A DNA stretch of 64,000 nucleotides, taken from the NCBI GenBank assembly GCA_048213135.1, contig PS015550.1, forward strand, positions 1 through 64,000, written 5' to 3'. The notes beneath the pieces were generated by a model, which worked only from the letters and a program-made list of their open reading frames with translations, searched no databases and was not told where the DNA came from. Within the stretch, counting starts at the first letter, position 1. Each line of letters opens with the position of its first letter. This stretch comes from Reclinomonas americana ATCC 50394. Lineage: Eukaryota. Both the position numbers and the translations under genes were made by a program. This document shows positions 39,367-52,776 of the stretch, piece by piece.

Positions 39367-41953
39367 TCATGATGGCGTCCACCACAGCGCCTTAGTGAGC
39401 TCGCCGATCTTGTTTTGCGTGGCGCCACAGGCGTGTACCTAAGGAAGAGAGAGAGAGAGAAGATGCATGTCAGCCAAAGGCAAGACTCGATATCAGCGAA
39501 AATATTCGTCGTCGTACCAATACCAAGTTTGTCTTCTCCGGTTGATCAGCCATCTGTCTCCGTGGCACCAGCAAGCTTAGGCCTGCCACCGTGTTGACCT
39601 GCAGCACGTCAAACCAATCCATGCGCAGGCGACCGAGTCGTGCGTGCACGTCCACCAGCGCGTTGACAAACTGCTGATCTTGCAGCTGCGTCCAGCGCCG
39701 ATTCTGCTGCCCCAGCGCGGCTGCAAACAAACGCAGCGCGTACACGGTTGGACGCGCCGTCCACACTCCCGTGTTGATGCTCAGTGTGTGTTGGTGGGAG
39801 GCGCACACGTGGCCCGGCGGACCGTTCTGCATCGTGTGTGATTGAGGAGACGGAAATTGTGCGGTCGTCTTTCGTCGTCTCTCACCTTGCCGAAATCGAG
39901 CACACTGTTGGGAATAGCGTACGACCATGGATCGCGAGCTCGGTCCCGGGGAGCCGCTTCCAGCATTAGCGTAGCGTCGTGCTCGCCGCTGTAAAAGTCG
40001 GCCTGGAAGATGACATCGGGCGGTATGTCGTACAGCTCCGACACCGACGCCACCTGCGGCAAATCCCACACCGGCCGCACGAACATGGCATCCACGTCGG
40101 TGTAGAACACCTGGACGCCGCATCGCAGCAGTAGGTAGCCATACATGTAGCGCAGGTTGATGACGGGCGGGTAGCCGACATAGTCGGGCTGCCGATCGAC
40201 GAGCCTACACGAACACGCCGCTGTCAGACAGACTCTCAACATTCTATCCACAAACTCCCTCTCCCTTCTCTCACCAGCCTGACTCGTCGAGCACCACTCC
40301 CACATCCTTGCCTGGCTCAAACAGTGCCTTGACAGCTGTCACAGTTGTCTCATCCCCGCACACAATCAGGGGAAGCAGCCGGTCACCGTGTGCAGCAAAG
40401 AAGCGCGACAGCCACATTCTGACGAGCTCCAAGTACGCCTCTGCGTTGTGCGACGCCAGCTGCACGGCTGTGAATACCGCCAGTCGATGTGGCGAGTCGC
40501 CGGGCTGCGTGGTCATGCGCGGTTGCGCCAACACAGCCGTCAACTTTTCCAACATCTCCCGGCTCTCGTGCATCGCAGGTACCTGCTGCGGAAACAACGA
40601 CTGCGGCGTGGGAGCGCGGTGGTTGCCAGCTGCTGCCGCCGCCTGCACGAGTGCCGTCTTGTCCGTGAGCACGCGCCACATCTCGCTCTCCATCTCGCGA
40701 CAAAAGTCGGCAGGGTAGAACTCAATGCGCGGAAACTCGGCCGTCCGCTTGTTTGCACGCAGCGCAGCGGAGAAGGTGTGCACTGGTGGCTCGGAGCGAT
40801 CCGGCACAGGCGATGGCACCATGGTGAAGGTGCGTTGCACAAACTGTGGACCGAGATATTCGCACTCTTGCTCGTCCACCACCACCACCACCTTGTCAGC
40901 TGCGCCTGGATGTGCGCGACGAGTCGGTGATCCGAGTGCACGAACATCAATCTTGTTGCACCCCCACAAACCGTGCAAGGAGAGGCAGACGAGATCCGTG
41001 GAGGTCACCTGCGACACTGTCGCAGCCAGTAGCGATGTTGCGTGTCTCCACTCGGCGAGAAACGGACGGCTGCGAGCAGCCGCCAGTTTATCCGCGGCAG
41101 ACGTCAGCGCCAGCGGTTTTTGCCACTGCAAGCGCTCATCCAGTGAGATGTGGCGGGAGGGGACGTCGTCACCAGCACGATTCACGCAACACTCCAGTCA
41201 ATCACAAAGTCGCAGTGCTTGCGCCNNNNNNNNNNNNNNNNNNNNNNNNNNNNNNNNNNNNNNNNNNNNNNNNNNNNNNNNNNNNNNNNNNNNNNNNNNN
41301 NNNNNNNNNNNNNNNNNNNNNNNNNNNNNNNNNNNNNNNNNNNNNNNNNNNNNNNNNNNNNNNNNNNNNNNNNNNNNNNNNNNNNNNNNNNNNNNNNNNN
41401 NNNNNNNNNNNNNNNNNNNNNNNNNNNNNNNNNNNNNNNNNNNNNNNNNNNNNNNNNNNNNNNNNNNNNNNNNNNNNNNNNNNNNNNNNNNNNNNNNNNN
41501 NNNNNNNNNNNNNNNNNNNNNNNNNNNNNNNNNNNNNNNNNNNNNNNNNNNNNNNNNNNNNNNNNNNNNNNNNNNNNNNNNNNNNNNNNNNNNNNNNNNN
41601 NNNNNNNNNNNNNNNNNNNNNNNNNNNNNNNNNNNNNNNNNNNNNNNNNNNNNNNNNNNNNNNNNNNNNNNNNNNNNNNNNNNNNNNNNNNNNNNNNNNN
41701 NNNNNNNNNNNNNNNNNNNNNNNNNNNNNNNNNNNNNNNNNNNNNNNNNNNNNNNNNNNNNNNNNNNNNNNNNNNNNNNNNNNNNNNNNNNNNNNNNNNN
41801 NNNNNNNNNNNNNNNNNNNNNNNNNNNNNNNNNNNNNNNNNNNNNNNNNNNNNNNNNNNNNNNNNNNNNNNNNNNNNNNNNNNNNNNNNNNNNNNNNNNN
41901 NNNNNNNNNNNNNNNNNNNNNNNNNNNNNNNNNNNNNNNNNNNNNNNNNNNNN

Positions 41954-41990
<37 letters not shown>

Positions 41991-42723
41991 CGCCACGCAC
42001 CAGCACCCCACAACGTGGACGCAGAGTGCGTATCCACATGCACCACCACCGTCTGCGGTGACACGCCAGGCAAACTCGCCGACACACTCCAACTCTGCTG
42101 CGGATACAACACAAAGCGCGGTGCATCCATGGCATATATGCGGTTCTGCGTCTCGTCGGCACTCAGCGGTGCAAGAAAGCCACAACCGACACGCCTGACC
42201 TCGGCCGACTGCGCGGGAAAGAGGCGAGAGCGTGTGAGCGAGAGAACAGAGAGAGAGAGAGAGAGTGAGGAAAACACGTGGGCGAACCAACAATGCCACC
42301 AACGCGCTGTGTGCGACTTGCTCCACGAGAACTTCAGTGACCGTCAGAGAGGCAGTACTCTTCGCCAGTGCCTCTCTTACTGCGCGGTGGAAGGAGAGAG
42401 AGAAACGGATTTGAATCATTGCACACGCACACGTACTCTCTGTGTGTGCACACACACACACCAGCATCGCCCACAGTGACGTGTGTATCATTGACAGAGA
42501 CTACCACTTCTCCGCCAGTGTCGAGCGGCACGACCACGTGTTGCGCAGGCAGTGCAGGATCGCGCGCACGCAGTGGAGAGGCAAGTCGCGGGTCGTCTCT
42601 GGCTGGCTCACCGCGACACACAACGAGGAGAGAGAGAAGGAGGAGAAGAAGGAGGACAGAGAGCGAGTGCGAGGAAGGCGGTGGCCATCGACGCGGTGGT
42701 AGCAGAGGTCTGTGTCGTCTCAT
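39367..42723 (-). CDS. Nucleotide-diphospho-sugar transferase (GT77-like), copy A, with long uncharacterised N-terminal region (spans gap)
   Basis: Signal peptide; VFYTDVDAMF (DxD), DVIFQAD, SINTGVW..RPT, QDQQFVN, VHACG. Confidence 0.78.
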
Positions 42724-42780
42724 GATGCAAGGATTGATAATTAATTGATTGATTCGTCCCCCCCCCCTCCCCGCCTCTCT

Positions 42781-45669
42781 CTAGTTCGGCAACTTCCACA
42801 GCCTGTTGATCATGCGGAGCTTGTGTGGGATAGTGTAGTCACCACAGGCGTGCACCTGCATGTGTGTGCGTGTTGTTTCGTAAGTACAAGAAGAGAGAAA
42901 CTGGCGGCTGTGTTCGCGAACTCACGATGATAAAGTCCATCTCCTCCGGTTTGTCCTTCATCTGCTGTCGCGACACAAGCAGCGTTATTCCAGGCAGTGA
43001 GTTGACCTGCTGCAGATTGAACCAGTCCATGCGTAGGCGGCCGAGTCGCACGTGCGTGTCCACCAGCGCGTTCATGAACTGCTGATCCTGCAGCTGCGAC
43101 CAGCGCAGGTTCATCTGCCCCAGCGCGGCCGCGAACAAGCGCAGCGCGTACACGGTTGGGCGAGCCGTCCACACTCCCGTGTTGATACTCAGTGTGTACT
43201 GATGGGAGGCACATACGTGGCCCGGTGCACTATTCTGTGCGCAGGAACGATGCAGTGTCGAGTGAGTGCGAGTCGAACAAGAAGAGACCTGCGTGGTCAT
43301 GCTTGCTCACCGGGCCAAAGTCCGACACACTGTTAGGAATGGTGTGGGACCAAGGATTGCGTGTTCGCTCCCTGGGTGTAGCCGCCAGCATCAGCGACGC
43401 ATCATGCTCGAATGCACTAAAGAGGTCAGCCTGGAAGATGACGTCGGGCGGGATGTCGTACAGCTCCGACACCGACGCCACTTGTGGCAGATCCCACACT
43501 GGCCGCACGAACATGGCATCCATGTCGACGTAGAACGGCTGCACACCGCATCGCAGTAGCAGGTAGCCGTACATGTAGCGCAGGTTGACGACCGGCGGGT
43601 ACTTGATGATGTCGGGCTCGCGGTCCACCAGCCTGTGCAGTTGGTAATAATCAGCTTACAGTCACCTCCACACGCAATTTTCTCTCCCACTCCCTGCCTC
43701 ACCAGCCCGACTCGTCCAGCACCACTGCAGCATCGGCTTCCCCCGCCTCCAACAGCCCCCTGACAGCCGTCACAGTCGTCTCGTCAGCGCACACAATGAG
43801 GGGGCGCAGTTGGTCACCGTGCACAACATAGAAGCGAGACAGCCACATTCGGATCAACTCCAGGTACTGCTCCGAGTTCTTCGGCGCCAGCTGCACGGCT
43901 GTGAACACCACCAGCTGGTGTGGCGAGTCGCCGGACCGCACAGTCATGCGCGGTTGCGCCAACACGGTCGCCAGCTTCTCCAACATCTCCCGGCTCTCGT
44001 GCATTGGTGGTCCCTCCTGGGGAAACAGCGACTGCGGAGTGGGGGCGCGGCTGTCTCCAAGTGCCGCCGTCGCCTCCTCGAGTGTTGTCTTGTCTGCGAG
44101 TACGCGCCACATCTCGCTCTCCAACTCGCGACAGAGGTCGGCGGGATAGAACTCGATGCGTGGACTCTCGGCCGTACGCTTGTGGGCGCGCAGCGCGGCG
44201 GAGAAGGTGTGCACGGGTGGGTGAGAGCGATCGGGCAGCGGCGCAGGCACCATGGTGAGGCTGCGTTGTGCGAACTGCGGACCGAGGTACTCGCACTCTT
44301 GCTTGTCCACCACCACCTTTTCTGCTGCGCCTGGATGCATGTGCATGCGACGAGTTGGTGAGCGAGAGCGAGAGTGTTGGAGAGCACGAAGATCATTTTT
44401 TGTGCTCCGCCACCAACCATGCAAGGAGAGGCAGAGGAGATCAGTGGGTGTCACTCGGGCTGTCGACAGCGCCAGGAACTGTGTGGCGTATCTCCACTCG
44501 GCGAGCATCGGTCGCTTCCGAGCTGCGGCGAGCTTGTTCACCACTGGTGTCTGAGTCAGCGGTGTCTGCCACTGCACGGTGGATGTGCCGCATGCGCAGC
44601 GGTCAGTGAGCGAAACAGGTCGCCGGCGGTGAGTGGTGTGAGTCTACGCAACACTCCAGTCATTCACAAACTCGCAAAACACCTTGCGTCGATCCGTGAT
44701 CCACTTGTCTTTCTGTGTGACATGAAGAAAGCTGTGGTGAGATACGGGCAAAGAGAGAGAATGAACAAAATGCTTTGACAACCCGCCGCCCACCCTCGCA
44801 CCTCCACCAACATGGTCCAGCTCCGCTCCAACACCTCGCGCGCCAGCGCTTCGTCTCCACCAGCGGCAACCAAGGCTGCATCATGATCGATATCGCGATC
44901 GGCGCAGAGCACTCTTTCCTTTTCAGAAAACGCCCGCTGCGCTCACTCACCCGCGCCCCACAGCGTTGGTGCCGAATACGTGTCCACTTGCACATACTTC
45001 TTCTGCTGCTGTGCACCTTTCAGCGCCACCGACACTGTCCACGTACGTGCAGGGTGCATGACAAAGCGCGGCATATCCATGTGATAGACGCGATTCATGT
45101 CCCTGTCGGCAGTCGGCGATGCGAGAGCGCCGCAGCCGACGCGCCTGAGGTGGTCCGGCTGCAAAGAGAGAAGCGCTGTGAGCAAGGCGGTAGCCATGGC
45201 GAGGAGGGAGCTCGAGGGCGGGGGAACAAATAAATATACTTTAATATGTTGGGTACGCGTACGAACCAGCAGTGATTCAAACACATTGGTGGCGACTCGG
45301 TGGACGAGGTCCTCCGTGAATGGGAGGGAGAGCGCCTTCTTTGACAAGGCCTCTCTCACTGCATCATGTTCGGGCCGCTCAATAATGTGAACACACACTG
45401 CTGCACTCGAACAACACACTGCACTCACCTGCATGGCCGATCGTGGTGTGTGTGTGACTGACAGTCACCGCCACCACCTGTCCACCGGCGGCGTCGAGTG
45501 GCACAATCACTTCTTGCGCAGACAGCGCAGGATCAAGCACACGCTGCGGGCTTGCAAGTCGCGGGTTGTCTCCAGCTGGTTCTCCGCGGCACACAACAGC
45601 GAGGTGGAGGAGGGAGAGAGAGAGGAAAAGGAGCGAGAGAGAGACACGACACGACGGCGGCCACCGCAT
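42781..45669 (-). CDS. Nucleotide-diphospho-sugar transferase (GT77-like), copy B
   Basis: Close tandem paralog of copy A: PFYVDMDAMF, SINTGVW, QDQQFMN, VHACG; stop 42781-42783. Confidence 0.8.
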
Positions 45670-46149
45670 GGTGCCGGCTCGGCTGCCGATTGTGGAAAAA
45701 CGACCGTTATATGGACTGAAAATTGTTCAACGTTCGAATTCGTTCGATTCCTCGCCCGCGGTCACCCACACAGCCACAAGGCGTGTGTGCCGACATGAAA
45801 GTTGGCCAAGTCTTCGTGGATGCGGCGTGTTAGATTTCGTGCTTGGATTCGAACAATTGCAAGTGCACAGTATCGATATCGGATCACTCATGATCAAGCG
45901 CGTGCAAGTGCTGCAATGGTCTCCTGCCAGGTGCCCATGTGCAGGGAGTACCTTGCATACTTCGGGATCCGGACCCNNNNNNNNNNNNNNNNNNNNNNNN
46001 NNNNNNNNNNNNNNNNNNNNNNNNNNNNNNNNNNNNNNNNNNNNNNNNNNNNNNNNNNNNNNNNNNNNNNNNNNNNNNNNNNNNNNNNNNNNNNNNNNNN
46101 NNNNNNNNNNNNTTCTCCTTCTTCCTCTCTCTCTCTCTCTGTGCAACAG

Positions 46150-49100
46150 CTTCGTCAATGGCGAACGACGATTGTGCTGGTCATTGCGCCGCTGATCTTC
46201 ACGATCATTCTCATCATCTTGCAAGCGGGTCTGTCGAATCAAGCCGGCACCAATGGCGAAGTCGGTGAGCCTCACCACTCTCTCTCTCGCCACACATCAT
46301 CACTCTGTGCTCACTCTCGCTCCGCCAGTTCGCTCATTCCCCGTCACGACCGTGCCCAAAATCCCCAACTGCTATCCCAATCCAACGACCGGTCGCTGCA
46401 CGACAATCGCCTACGCGCCCAACAACGATGCCGAGCTGACGCAGGCCATTCTGAACATTGTGGCGGAGCACGGCATTCGTGACACGCCTGTGGCCTTCGA
46501 GTCTGGCGATGTCATCAACACGTACCTCATCAACAACCGCAACACGACGCAGGCGGCGTACATTTTCAATTCCGCCTTCACCTCCAACGCCGTCGACTAC
46601 ACCATCCAGTACAACACGACGCAGTACTGCCGCGACATTTTGTGTAATAACCCGCAGCAGGACATTGTGGTGCGTGGTGGTGTGGTGTGGTGGTTGCTCT
46701 TGTCCAACACACTCATCATGCCATGCAGTTGCCGATGCAAGTCGCCATGAACAATCAGGTACGCTCGTGTATTTTTTCTTTTTCTGGTGGTTGTCGCACA
46801 CTCGCTCACTCTGCGAAAACGTAAACTCACAGCTCTGGTTGCGCCACTTTGGTCGCTCCAAGGCACGGCACTTCATTTTTGGTCTCTTTCCCCCCGTTTC
46901 ATGCGCGTCTCATCATGATCTCCACTGCGCAGACGACTTCCATGGCTCAGTACCCGCGTGCGGAACTGTACCGCGTAGATGGTACGCGGCAGGTTGCCTG
47001 TTTTTCTCGCGCTGCGGAATCGCTCACACGCGTGCGCACAGTGATTGCCAACTTTGGCATCTTCTTCTACTTCCTGGCCTACATGTTCATCTTTATCGTC
47101 ACTCTCGGACAAATCGTGCTGGAGAAAGAGAACAAGCTGCGCGAGGCACTCAAGCTGGCGGGCCTCGGAGTTGCGTGTGTGTGTAGACCCCATGCTGTGT
47201 TATTGAATGAGCTCACCGCGTGCTGTGCAGAATGGCTCCTTCTGGACGTCGTGGCTTTTGCAGCAAATGATTCTGGTGACGCTGACCACGTTTATCATTA
47301 TCGCCGCCGGTGCTGCCTTCCAGTTCCAATTCTTCCTGAAGAACAACTTTGGCACGTACTTTTTCCTGTTCGAGCTCTTCGGCCTCAGCATCGTCATGCT
47401 CAGCTTCACGCTGTCGACCATCATCAACCAGTCGCGCATTGCCAGTTGCGGACCGCCGACAGCCACCAGTCATGAGACTCGCCCTCACTCAGTTCTGTTT
47501 CGCAGCTCCAATCGGCTTTGTGCTCTTCATCGTGTTCTACTTTTTCGCATCGGTCGCCGGCAACATCTACCCGATTGTGTCAGAAGGTGACGCGGAGGAC
47601 GTGGGGAGAACAGTCACAATGCTCGAACTGTAATTGCTTATCTATGTTTGCACCATGCATCAGGCTGGCGTCAACTGTTTGCTTTTTGCCCTCCAATCTT
47701 GTTTGCCAAGGTCTGTTTCCGCAGAGGCGCGTGACCAATCAACTGCTCGTCTCACTCGCTGCTGTGCTGTAGGGTCTGAGCGACCTCGGCACGGCCGCCA
47801 CCAGCGGACTGAGCAGTGGCATCTCGTTCAGCCGCGTCGCGTCATACACTGAGTGAGTAGCATGCTAGGCCACTCCATCTCGGCAGCGACTTACGTAGAG
47901 TATCACCACGCAGCATCTGGCCCCTGAGCAAGATTTACGGCTGGCTGATTATTGACACGATCATCATGGGCATCATTTGCTGGTTTGTGTGCAAGTCACC
48001 ACTCCTTGTGTGAGTTCTCTGCTCACCACGTCTCTTTTCTCCTCACTTGCAGGTACCTGGACCACGTCGTGGCATGTGCGTTGTGTGGCACATCGTTTGT
48101 CGGTGTCTGGTGTGTGGTACTGACACACTTTTGTCGTGTGTGGCGCAGCACCCTCTGGCGCCAGTGACCGCTGGTACTTTTTGTTCACCAAGTCGTACTG
48201 GACCGGCCGCGCGTCCTCGCACAAGCGCGAAGTGGAACGCGAGCGCCCGGGCCTGCCAGTCTCCGATGCGGTTTGTCTCCTTTTCTAAATTTTGCAGCAT
48301 GCCTTGTCACCACCACCTGGACTCATCGTGCTCGTGTGTCGCAGATGCGTGAAGACGAAGATGTGCGCGAGCTGCGACAGCGCTTGATGCGCGAGCCGCG
48401 CGCTAATGAGGCCAACGCGCCGCCACTGTATGCTGTGCGCGTGGAGAACCTCATCAAGCAGTTCGGCAGCGGCCGCACTGGCTACGCTGTTAAGCGCCTG
48501 TACATGGCAGTGCAGCCGAATTCCCTATTCTGCTTGCTGGGTCCAAATGGCGCCGGCAAGGTATGTCTCTTATGTGTCTCTGTGTTCACGTGTTCGTGAG
48601 CTGACTTTCCCTTCAGACCACCACCATCTCCATGATTACGGGCCAGATGCCACCGACAGCTGGCTCGATCGAGGTCGACGGATACGATATCTACATGCAG
48701 TTGCCGGAGATTCGTCGCACCATTGGCGTGTGCCCGCAATGTTGCGTCTCTGCTCCCGTGTTTTTCACGCATGAACATGACGCTGACTGGCGTGGTCTGG
48801 CCCGCTGCAGTTGACATTTTGTGGGAGGAAATGTCGGCACGTGAGCATCTCGAGCTGTTTGCGGGACTGCGTGGAATGTCAAAGAAGCGCATCCCCGATG
48901 AGGTGCGCGAGCGACTGGAGCAAGTCGGTCTGTTCGATGTGCAAAACGATCGTGCCAGCTCGTTTAGTGGTGGCATGAAGCGTCGATTGTCGGTGGCCAT
49001 TTGTTGCGTTGCTGTACTTGCTCACCTCCCCTTTCCTCGGCGATTGCTAACTTTGATGTGCTCCCTCGCAGCGCTCATCGGCAATCCGACTGTCGTGGTG

Positions 49101-50123
49101 CTGGTGCGTCCCCCTTTCGTCTTTATTTTGCTTTTTGTGCTCTCTGCTTTGCCTCACACCTCACTTTGTAGGATGAGCCGACGACTGGCATGGACCCTGT
49201 CATGCGCCGCAAGGTGTGGGACATGATCGAGGAAGCCAAGCAGGATCGCACAATTATCTTGTTGCGTTAGTACGCCGTGGCATTCCTTTTATTGCACGCA
49301 TGGCGTGCGCTAACAGCCTCTTCTTCTTCATCCCTCCGCAGGACCACCCACAGCATGGAGGAGGCCGACATTCTCGGCGACTCCATCGGCATCATGGCTC
49401 AAGGCCGTCTGCGATGTGTTGGTCCATCGCTGCGCTTGAAGAACAAGTTCGGCGCCGGCTACCAGATCACGCTGCACTGCGAACTCACTCGCATCCACGA
49501 TGTGCGCGGACTCATGCATCACATCTTGCCGGAGGCGCGGCTGGTGCAGGAGCTGAGTGGCTTCTTGACGTACAACGTTCCACGTGCATGCACGTCTCGT
49601 CTGCCTCAGGTGTTCCGCACTCTCGACGAGTACACGGCGCAGTACGGACTGCGTGACATCTCAGTGCGCCTGACCACACTCGAGGAGGTGTTCTTGGCCA
49701 TTGTGGCGCGCGCCAATGCCGACGAGGCGGTGGTCGGCCCAAGCGCAGCTCCGCAAGCCGTGATTATGGGACCCGATGGACAGGCCATTCGCACCACCAT
49801 CCAGTTCGACGTGGACGGCAACCCACAATTGGTGCCGGAGAACGGCGGGCCCGCCATCACTGGACATCTCGCCGCACAAGGTACCGTCACACTTGCGCGA
49901 ATGCGTCTTTTGGTGGCATGATCCTCTTTGCTGACTCAGCTGTGCCCCGCTAGCCGCCGCCGCTATTGGATTGAGTCCACCACAGCCGGCTGTTGCACCA
50001 GGACCACAGCAGGTAGCACCATATCCAGGGCCTCAGCCGAATTCTCGTCCTCAATTTGCACCCTCGCCCTCGCCCTCGTCTGCGTCCGCTGCCGCACCAC
50101 CATCACCAGCCGCACGGCCATAA
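46150..50123 (+). CDS. Half-size ABC transporter, subfamily A, copy 3 (5' end in gap)
   Basis: [80 protein letters not shown]. Confidence 0.92.
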
Positions 50124-50476
50124 AAATAGATATGCAGCAGTGTACACATAGACGAATGAGATNNNNNNNNNNNNNNNNNNNNNNNNNNNNNNNNNNNNNN
50201 NNNNNNNNNNNNNNNNNNNNNNNNNNNNNNNNNNNNNNNNNNNNNNNNNNNNNNNNNNNNNNNNNNNNNNNNNNNNNNNNNNNNNNNNNNNNNNNNNNNN
50301 NNNNNNNNNNNNNNNNNNNNNNNNNNNNNNNNNNNNNNNNNNNNNNNNNNNNNNNNNNNNNNNNNNNNNNNNNNNNNNNNNNNNNNNNNNNNNNNNNNNN
50401 NNNNNNNNNNNAGGCGCCTGCCTTTTCTTGTCTCGTCAGTGACCAACGCACACGTGTGGTGTGTCTGTGTGTGCAG

Positions 50477-51120
50477 TTCTGGAAGCGCTTTGTGGTCACT
50501 GCCGGCCGCGGTGCCACTCACTACACCCAGGAGACCCTGCTGCGCCTGCTCGCTCGTCTGGGTGTGGCCGATGCGGCCGACAACGCCGAGGCTGTTGCGT
50601 GATTTTTCTGCCATTCCACCGCGTCTGCCACTGTGTTGCCTCACAATCAATCAATCATGCGCAGTGGTTCCGCGCCATGGACAGGGACCGTGCTGGCTTT
50701 GTGGATCTGCGCCAAGCCGTGTTGGGCTTTGCTGCGGCCGATCCAGGCACGGCCCACAACATTGGTGGTGTGCCGTTCCAGGTCCGTCTCGGCTACATTT
50801 TCGCCTTTTACAACAAGAAGAGTACGTGATTTCGACACTCTCTCTTGTACACAAGACGAGCTGACATGTCCATGTTGCGCAAATCGGCAGGCGACGGTAC
50901 TCTCGATCGCCAGGACATCAAGGCGATTGTGGCCGCCGGCAAGAGGCTGAAGGGTGAGGACGTGACGCCCGAGTCCCTCGATCGTGGCACTCGCGACCTC
51001 GTCGAGCGCATGGGCGGCAAGGATCGGCTGTCCCTGGAGCAGCTGCACCAGTTTGTCTCGAACGGCACGATTCGCGGCACGTCGCAGTTGTTCCGTGTGC
51101 GCGCATATCCGTTCAAATAA
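50477..51120 (+). CDS. EF-hand protein (calcineurin B/NCS-like layout; 5' end in gap)
   Basis: WFRAMDRDRAGFVD; VRLGYIFAFYNKK..GDGTLDRQD; stop TAA 51118-51120. Confidence 0.65.
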
Positions 51121-51687
51121 GCGTCGGGAGCAGGAGGACAGAGTGCACGTGATTTTGCGTTCCTTTTTTTGGTTGTTGNNNNNNNNNNNNNNNNNNNNNN
51201 NNNNNNNNNNNNNNNNNNNNNNNNNNNNNNNNNNNNNNNNNNNNNNNNNNNNNNNNNNNNNNNNNNNNNNNNNNNNNNNNNNNNNNNNNNNNNNNNNNNN
51301 NNNNNNNNNNNNNNNNNNNNNNNNNNNNNNNNNNNNNNNNNNNNNNNNNNNNNNNNNNNNNNNNNNNNNNNNNNNNNNNNNNNNNNNNNNNNNNNNNNNN
51401 NNNNNNNNNNNNNNNNNNNNNNNNNNNNNNNNNNNNNNNNNNNNNNNNNNNNNNNNNNNNNNNNNNNNNNNNNNNNNNNNNNNNNNNNNNNNNNNNNNNN
51501 NNNNNNNNNNNNNNNNNNNNNNNNNNNNNNNNNNNNNNNNNNNNNNNNNNNNNNNNNNNNNNNNNNNNNNNNNNNNNNNNNNNNNNNNNNNNNNNNNNNN
51601 NNNNNNNNNNNNNNNNNNNNGGGGCGTGTTGAGAAGCACGGAGGGCGAGATTGAGAGATACAGTCTCTCTCTCTCTCACACACACAC

Positions 51688-52542
51688 CATCCTTGTCGTA
51701 GAACGCAAACATGTACTTCAGGCGCACGTTGCAGGCCATCTCGCCCAGGTTGTGCGGCGTAGACGGGTCCATGGCCACCATGCCCATCACCGCCGAGCGG
51801 AAATCAATCGGACGACCGCGAGAGAGCGCTTGGTAGAACTGCGCACAGGCGTGAGCGACGTGAGCATCTACGCGCTGCGTCACAGCTGTGTCGCACGGAC
51901 TGCACCTGGCGCTTGAACGAGCTCGCCGGCACGCCCATGGCGTCAATCAGACGACCGACACCGTCCTCGTCGAGCAGGTGCTTGCCGTCCTTGGGCAGGC
52001 CAGCGCAGTGGACGAACAGCTCGGCGGCCTGCACGGATAGAGACGATAAGTTAGGGAGGAGGAGGGGAATGAGAGGGGAAGGAGAGGGGAAGGAGAGGGA
52101 GAGAGAGAGATAGAGAGCGAGGGAGGGAGGGGGAAGGAGAGAGGGGAGAGGGAGGGGAGAGAGAGAATGACAAGAGAGACAGAGAAGAGTGGAGGTCGAC
52201 AGAGGTGCATATGCAGCGGAAGATATGCGTGCCTCGACAGGCGAAAGATGGTGAGCATGACGAAAGCACGACGATCTGCATGCTCAGATTGCATGCAATG
52301 CGAAAGAGGAAGAATCGCATGATGATCGCTCTCTCTTCCTTCTCCTCTCATTCTCTCTCTCTCTCACTCACTCACTCACACACACACACACACACACACA
52401 CACTCTCACTCTGCTCTCCCTCCTTCCTCACCTTATCCATCTTCTTGCTGTCAAACTTGACCGTCTCAAACAGCGACAGCTCATCCTCCGTGAACTGCGG
52501 CTGCTCCGTCGACAAGAGCTGCGAAAACGTCGGCGATGCCAT
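51688..52542 (-). CDS. EF-hand protein, convergent paralog of the previous gene (3' end in gap)
   Basis: IDFRSAVMGMVAMDPSTPHNLG..VRLKYMFAFYDKDG aligns with VDLRQAVLGFAAADPGTAHNIG..VRLGYIFAFYNKK. Confidence 0.65.
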
Positions 52543-52776
52543 TCCTACAAAGAGAGTGACACGCGTGAGTGTGCGTGCAAGGACATTTTCGTTCTCAAAC
52601 ACACGCGCACACACACAAGCGCTCTGCTCTCTCACACTGCAAGACATGCACGTGCTCTGCGTGGCGACTGACGTGAGTGTGAGTCTGTGTGTGCTCACCT
52701 GCACGTGTGTGTGTGTGTGTGTGAACGAATCTGCTGCAATCAATCGACTGCGTACGTAATCACTCCTCACTCAACG

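Noticed and set aside
45790-45976. Gap-adjacent sequence as a possible mobile-element end or ABCA first exon
   Set aside because: No terminal repeat, motif or splice link could be supported.
2785-51620. Long ORFs spanning N-runs in the ORF track
   Set aside because: Artefacts of assembly gaps translated as X.
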